Below are positions 38,004 to 40,892 of a stretch of 40,892 nt of DNA, one piece after another (positions within the stretch are counted from its first letter, which is position 1; every line of letters starts with the position of its first letter). Under the pieces are notes generated by a model. It saw only the letters and a list, made by a program, of their open reading frames with translations, searched no databases and was not told the DNA's origin. Origin of the DNA: Ferruginibacter sp. (GTDB taxonomy: Bacteria > Bacteroidota > Bacteroidia > Chitinophagales > Chitinophagaceae); contig JAYUBR010000641.1 in assembly GCA_043740775.1 (NCBI GenBank), positions 1-40,892 of the forward strand. Reading direction: 5' to 3'. A program made the position numbers and the translations under genes.

Positions 38004-39144
38004 GAATCTTGCTCAGTAATTCTTTAAAACTGACAGCATAAGCTTTTCGGGAATGATTTTTTCTTGAATATTGTCCGGAGGCGGTTGCCATCTGTTCAAG
38101 TTTTTTTCCAGTCAGATTCCGGATTAAATCTAATGACTTTTTGAGTTCATTGAGCAAATCTTCCCTTTTGTCCGCCTCCAGTAAAATTCCAAATTCATGT
38201 CCGCGAAGTGCTGTGGATTTATTAACGATCGGGAAACAATTGAACTGCATCGCCTGCAAAACCGCTCCTCCACCACCTTCAGCACAACTCAAAAAAGGAA
38301 TCGCAATACACTTTTTAATAATTGAGGAAAAACCGGCTGAGGAAACAACTAAAAAACCATGGTAAAAAATATTACCCGACCGCCTTGTTACTTTTTTATA
38401 CCATTCGTAAAACTCAGGCTCTACGGTTAAATCTGTACAGATATGCAGGTTTAAATCCGGCTGCTCTGCAAATGCTTCCACAACAATATCAAGTCCCTTG
38501 TGAATAAAGCCCCTGCTCCCAAGCCAAATAAAGTTTTTTCTTCTTTCCTCTATAGGATAAGCTGATTTTACAGAAGGCAGATAAACGGTACTTAGATTTA
38601 ATAAAAATGTATTACCTGGTTTCGGGAATAAATTCTTTTGAAAATCATTTCCAAAATAGGTGGTAATGTCTGCAACCTGCCCCGATAATATTGGGGACAC
38701 TTTTCTTTGAGCAGAAAAATTCAGACCGAATTTTTTATTGAATTCAGATAGTCGTTCTTCCTCTGCATCATTGTGAAATTGTGAGTCACATCCTGTGGCA
38801 TAAAATATTTTCGGGCATTTAATTTCTTCGCAATGATCATACAAATTACCCCGTTCATCTATTACCAATTGGTATTTTCCCCAATCAATTCCGGGCAACG
38901 GAGAAAGGCAATCTATGTAGTCAACATTATAACCTTCAGCCGCCAAACATTTAACCATCTCAATGCTTTCCCAATGCATTGAATGCCCATTGAAATCCGC
39001 GTCTTTAAAGCTGCCTTCACTAAAAGCTTTTACAGCCCAGGGAGCATAAATAACCAGGGCAATTTTCTTATTTCTCTTTTTACTGAAATTTAAAATGCCA
39101 TCGGTTTGCTTTTTCCTGAACTGCCATTGAAACCAGTTTTTCAT
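37990..39144 (-). CDS. GT-B (GT4-like) glycosyltransferase
   Basis: FIWLGSRGFIHKGLDIVVEAF, SCAEGGGGAVLQAM. Confidence 0.82.
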   Translation of the reverse strand: MKNWFQWQFRKKQTDGILNFSKKRNKKIALVIYAPWAVKAFSEGSFKDADFNGHSMHWESIEMVKCLAAEGYNVDYIDCLSPLPGIDWGKYQLVIDERGNLYDHCEEIKCPKIFYATGCDSQFHNDAEEERLSEFNKKFGLNFSAQRKVSPILSGQVADITTYFGNDFQKNLFPKPGNTFLLNLSTVYLPSVKSAYPIEERRKNFIWLGSRGFIHKGLDIVVEAFAEQPDLNLHICTDLTVEPEFYEWYKKVTRRSGNIFYHGFLVVSSAGFSSIIKKCIAIPFLSCAEGGGGAVLQAMQFNCFPIVNKSTALRGHEFGILLEADKREDLLNELKKSLDLIRNLTGKKLEQMATASGQYSRKNHSRKAYAVSFKELLSKIHEKN

Positions 39145-39890
39145 GATTGCCTCCCTGATGAAGTCTTATAAGCAATCGCATCGTTTTCTCCAACGATTAC
39201 AGTGTACTTATTTTTAAATAACAATTGCTGAATTTCAAATAGTTGATCTGGACTCATTATACCGGCTTCCATTCCATGTTCAAAAGAAATAATCGTAGGT
39301 GCCATTTTTGTAAAATCAATCATTTTGATAATTTCATAGTCGTACCCTTCTGTGTCTATCTGTAACAAATCAATGTGGCCGATGTGGTATTCTTTTACCA
39401 GATCTTTCAATGAAATGCATTGCACTTTTTGCTCAATGATATCTGACTTCTTTACAGGGCCGAGCTGGTGATGATTTTTGTTAAAGGATGCGGTTCCTTT
39501 TGCCCAGTCAGGGTACTCCTTTTTATCCGGGTCAACCCTGTATAAAAGCATTTCCTTTTCCGACGAATGGATGGCTTTGTTTACAAGTTTTACATTTGGG
39601 TAGCTGGCATAATTCTTTTTAAGTTGCTCAAATATATCAGGAATGGGTTCCAGGGCAATGCCATTCACTTTTTCTTTAGTGATAAGATGGTAAATCGGAT
39701 CAAAACTAATTCCGTCATTGGCGCCTATTTGCACAAAGAAAAAGTCTTTATGCAGTTTTTGATAAAACAATTGAGTCAAAGGATCAAAATCGGTTTTCAG
39801 GGCATACCGTTGTTTAAACAGGTTTTCCTCGTACACCACATAGCCTTTACTATTTATTAATTTCAATAATTTTTTTCTAATCGCTTTCAC
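39141..39890 (-). CDS. FkbM-family methyltransferase (GTG start)
   Basis: FVQIGANDG..DP, ALEP, LLQIDTEGYDYEII, ISFEH. Confidence 0.92.
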   Translation of the reverse strand: MKAIRKKLLKLINSKGYVVYEENLFKQRYALKTDFDPLTQLFYQKLHKDFFFVQIGANDGISFDPIYHLITKEKVNGIALEPIPDIFEQLKKNYASYPNVKLVNKAIHSSEKEMLLYRVDPDKKEYPDWAKGTASFNKNHHQLGPVKKSDIIEQKVQCISLKDLVKEYHIGHIDLLQIDTEGYDYEIIKMIDFTKMAPTIISFEHGMEAGIMSPDQLFEIQQLLFKNKYTVIVGENDAIAYKTSSGRQS

Positions 39891-39893
39891 TAT

Positions 39894-40892
39894 TTATAAT
39901 TTTTTCCATTCAATAGGTAGTATTGGAGATATCGCTCCTTCCCAACCATTATTATATTTATTTCCCCTTCTTACCATATCATCAGATATTGTAAATGACA
40001 AAATGGAATTTACACTCAGGAATGATTTAAAATTACCCGTTTCATCTACGATATTTATATCAAGGGTATGGTAGCCAGGATTTAGTAAGTGCTTAGGAAT
40101 TCTTAGCCCGATTTCATAAACACCCTTGTTAAGCGTTTCCTGTTTGTAAAAACTTGAAGCAGCAAACACACATTGTTCGTTCCTGTTTAATGCAAAAATG
40201 ATTGAATAGGATTGTTCTGCAATACTTTCAAATCTTGTTTCAATGGATAATTCTTCACCGTTGGTTATAATGGCATTTTTAAACGAAATTTTTGTACTGT
40301 CAATTTTGCAACCCTGGCCCTTATAAGCTATATCATTGATGATTGTATCTTCCTGATTTGCATCCTTCAGGTAAGTCTCTATCAATAGGCCTATTTCATC
40401 TTCGGCTAATATTTTTCCATTTTGCAATAGTATCCCTTTTGAGCATATATTTTTCAACGCAACCATGTTATGGCTAACAAATAAAACAGTTCTCCCTTCC
40501 TTATTACTCACATCCTTCATTTTGCCCAAAGCCTTTTTCTGAAAATCCGCATCGCCTACCGCCAGTACTTCATCTACAATTAATATCTCAGGCTCAAGGT
40601 GGGCAGCAACGCCAAAAGCTAGCCGCACATACATTCCGCTGCTATAGCGCTTTACAGGCGTGTCGATGTAGCGCTCTACTCCGGCAAAATCTACAATCTC
40701 ATCAAACTTGCTTTTTATTTCCTGCTTGCTCATGCCCAGGATAGCTCCATTTAAAAAAATATTCTCTCGACCACTCAGTTCCGGATGAAAGCCTGTGCCA
40801 ACTTCCAGTAAAGAGGCAACCCTGCCTTTTATTTTGACACAGCCTGTAGTAGGCGAAGTGGTGCGGCTTAATATTTTTAACAAGGTGCTTTT
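39894..40892 (-). CDS. wzt: Polysaccharide ABC exporter ATP-binding subunit with C-terminal Wzt_C-like domain; 5' end lies outside the window
   Basis: The window edge cuts Walker A (KSTLLKIL). LLEVGTGFHPELSGRENI, YSSGMYVRLAF, ILIVDEVLAVGD, FVSH; ~150-aa beta-rich extension with LRIPKHLLNPGYHTLDI. Confidence 0.93.
   Translation of the reverse strand, partial: KSTLLKILSRTTSPTTGCVKIKGRVASLLEVGTGFHPELSGRENIFLNGAILGMSKQEIKSKFDEIVDFAGVERYIDTPVKRYSSGMYVRLAFGVAAHLEPEILIVDEVLAVGDADFQKKALGKMKDVSNKEGRTVLFVSHNMVALKNICSKGILLQNGKILAEDEIGLLIETYLKDANQEDTIINDIAYKGQGCKIDSTKISFKNAIITNGEELSIETRFESIAEQSYSIIFALNRNEQCVFAASSFYKQETLNKGVYEIGLRIPKHLLNPGYHTLDINIVDETGNFKSFLSVNSILSFTISDDMVRRGNKYNNGWEGAISPILPIEWKKL

Noticed and set aside
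1198-39860. Numerous short plus-strand ORFs and nested minus-strand ORFs in the ORF track
   Set aside because: They are shadows of well-supported minus-strand genes and carry no family motifs.

Overview
The whole window is the interior of one very large surface-polysaccharide biosynthesis locus, with all supported genes on the minus strand. A T9SS C-terminal domain and a signal peptide ending in A|Q point to Bacteroidota; Chitinophagaceae-like is my inference. In transcription order: a 5'-truncated Wzt ABC ATPase with a C-terminal extension, about 20 glycosyltransferase-type genes (GT2, GT4 including a two-domain fusion, GT61/DUF563, DUF5672, DUF1647, fucosyltransferase-like, GT-C-like), 7 SAM-dependent methyltransferases, an amino-sugar cassette (DegT aminotransferase, divergent Fcl-like SDR, VioB/AntD-like acyltransferase), an AsnB-type amidotransferase, an OafA-type acyltransferase, a Wzy-like membrane protein and a T9SS-secreted beta-helix protein. 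Best leads: (1) a ~90% identical second copy of the wzy 3' end that brackets the GT4 + T9SS gene pair; (2) an Fcl-like enzyme lacking the SDR catalytic Ser beside an aminotransferase and N-acyltransferase; (3) ABC export, a Wzy-like protein and a lipid-carrier/GT-C module in one methyltransferase-rich locus. Four frameshifts are each repaired by adding one base to a short homopolymer and may be sequencing errors. I saw no RNA genes, CRISPR arrays or transposases. All family calls come from motif recognition by eye, not database searches.
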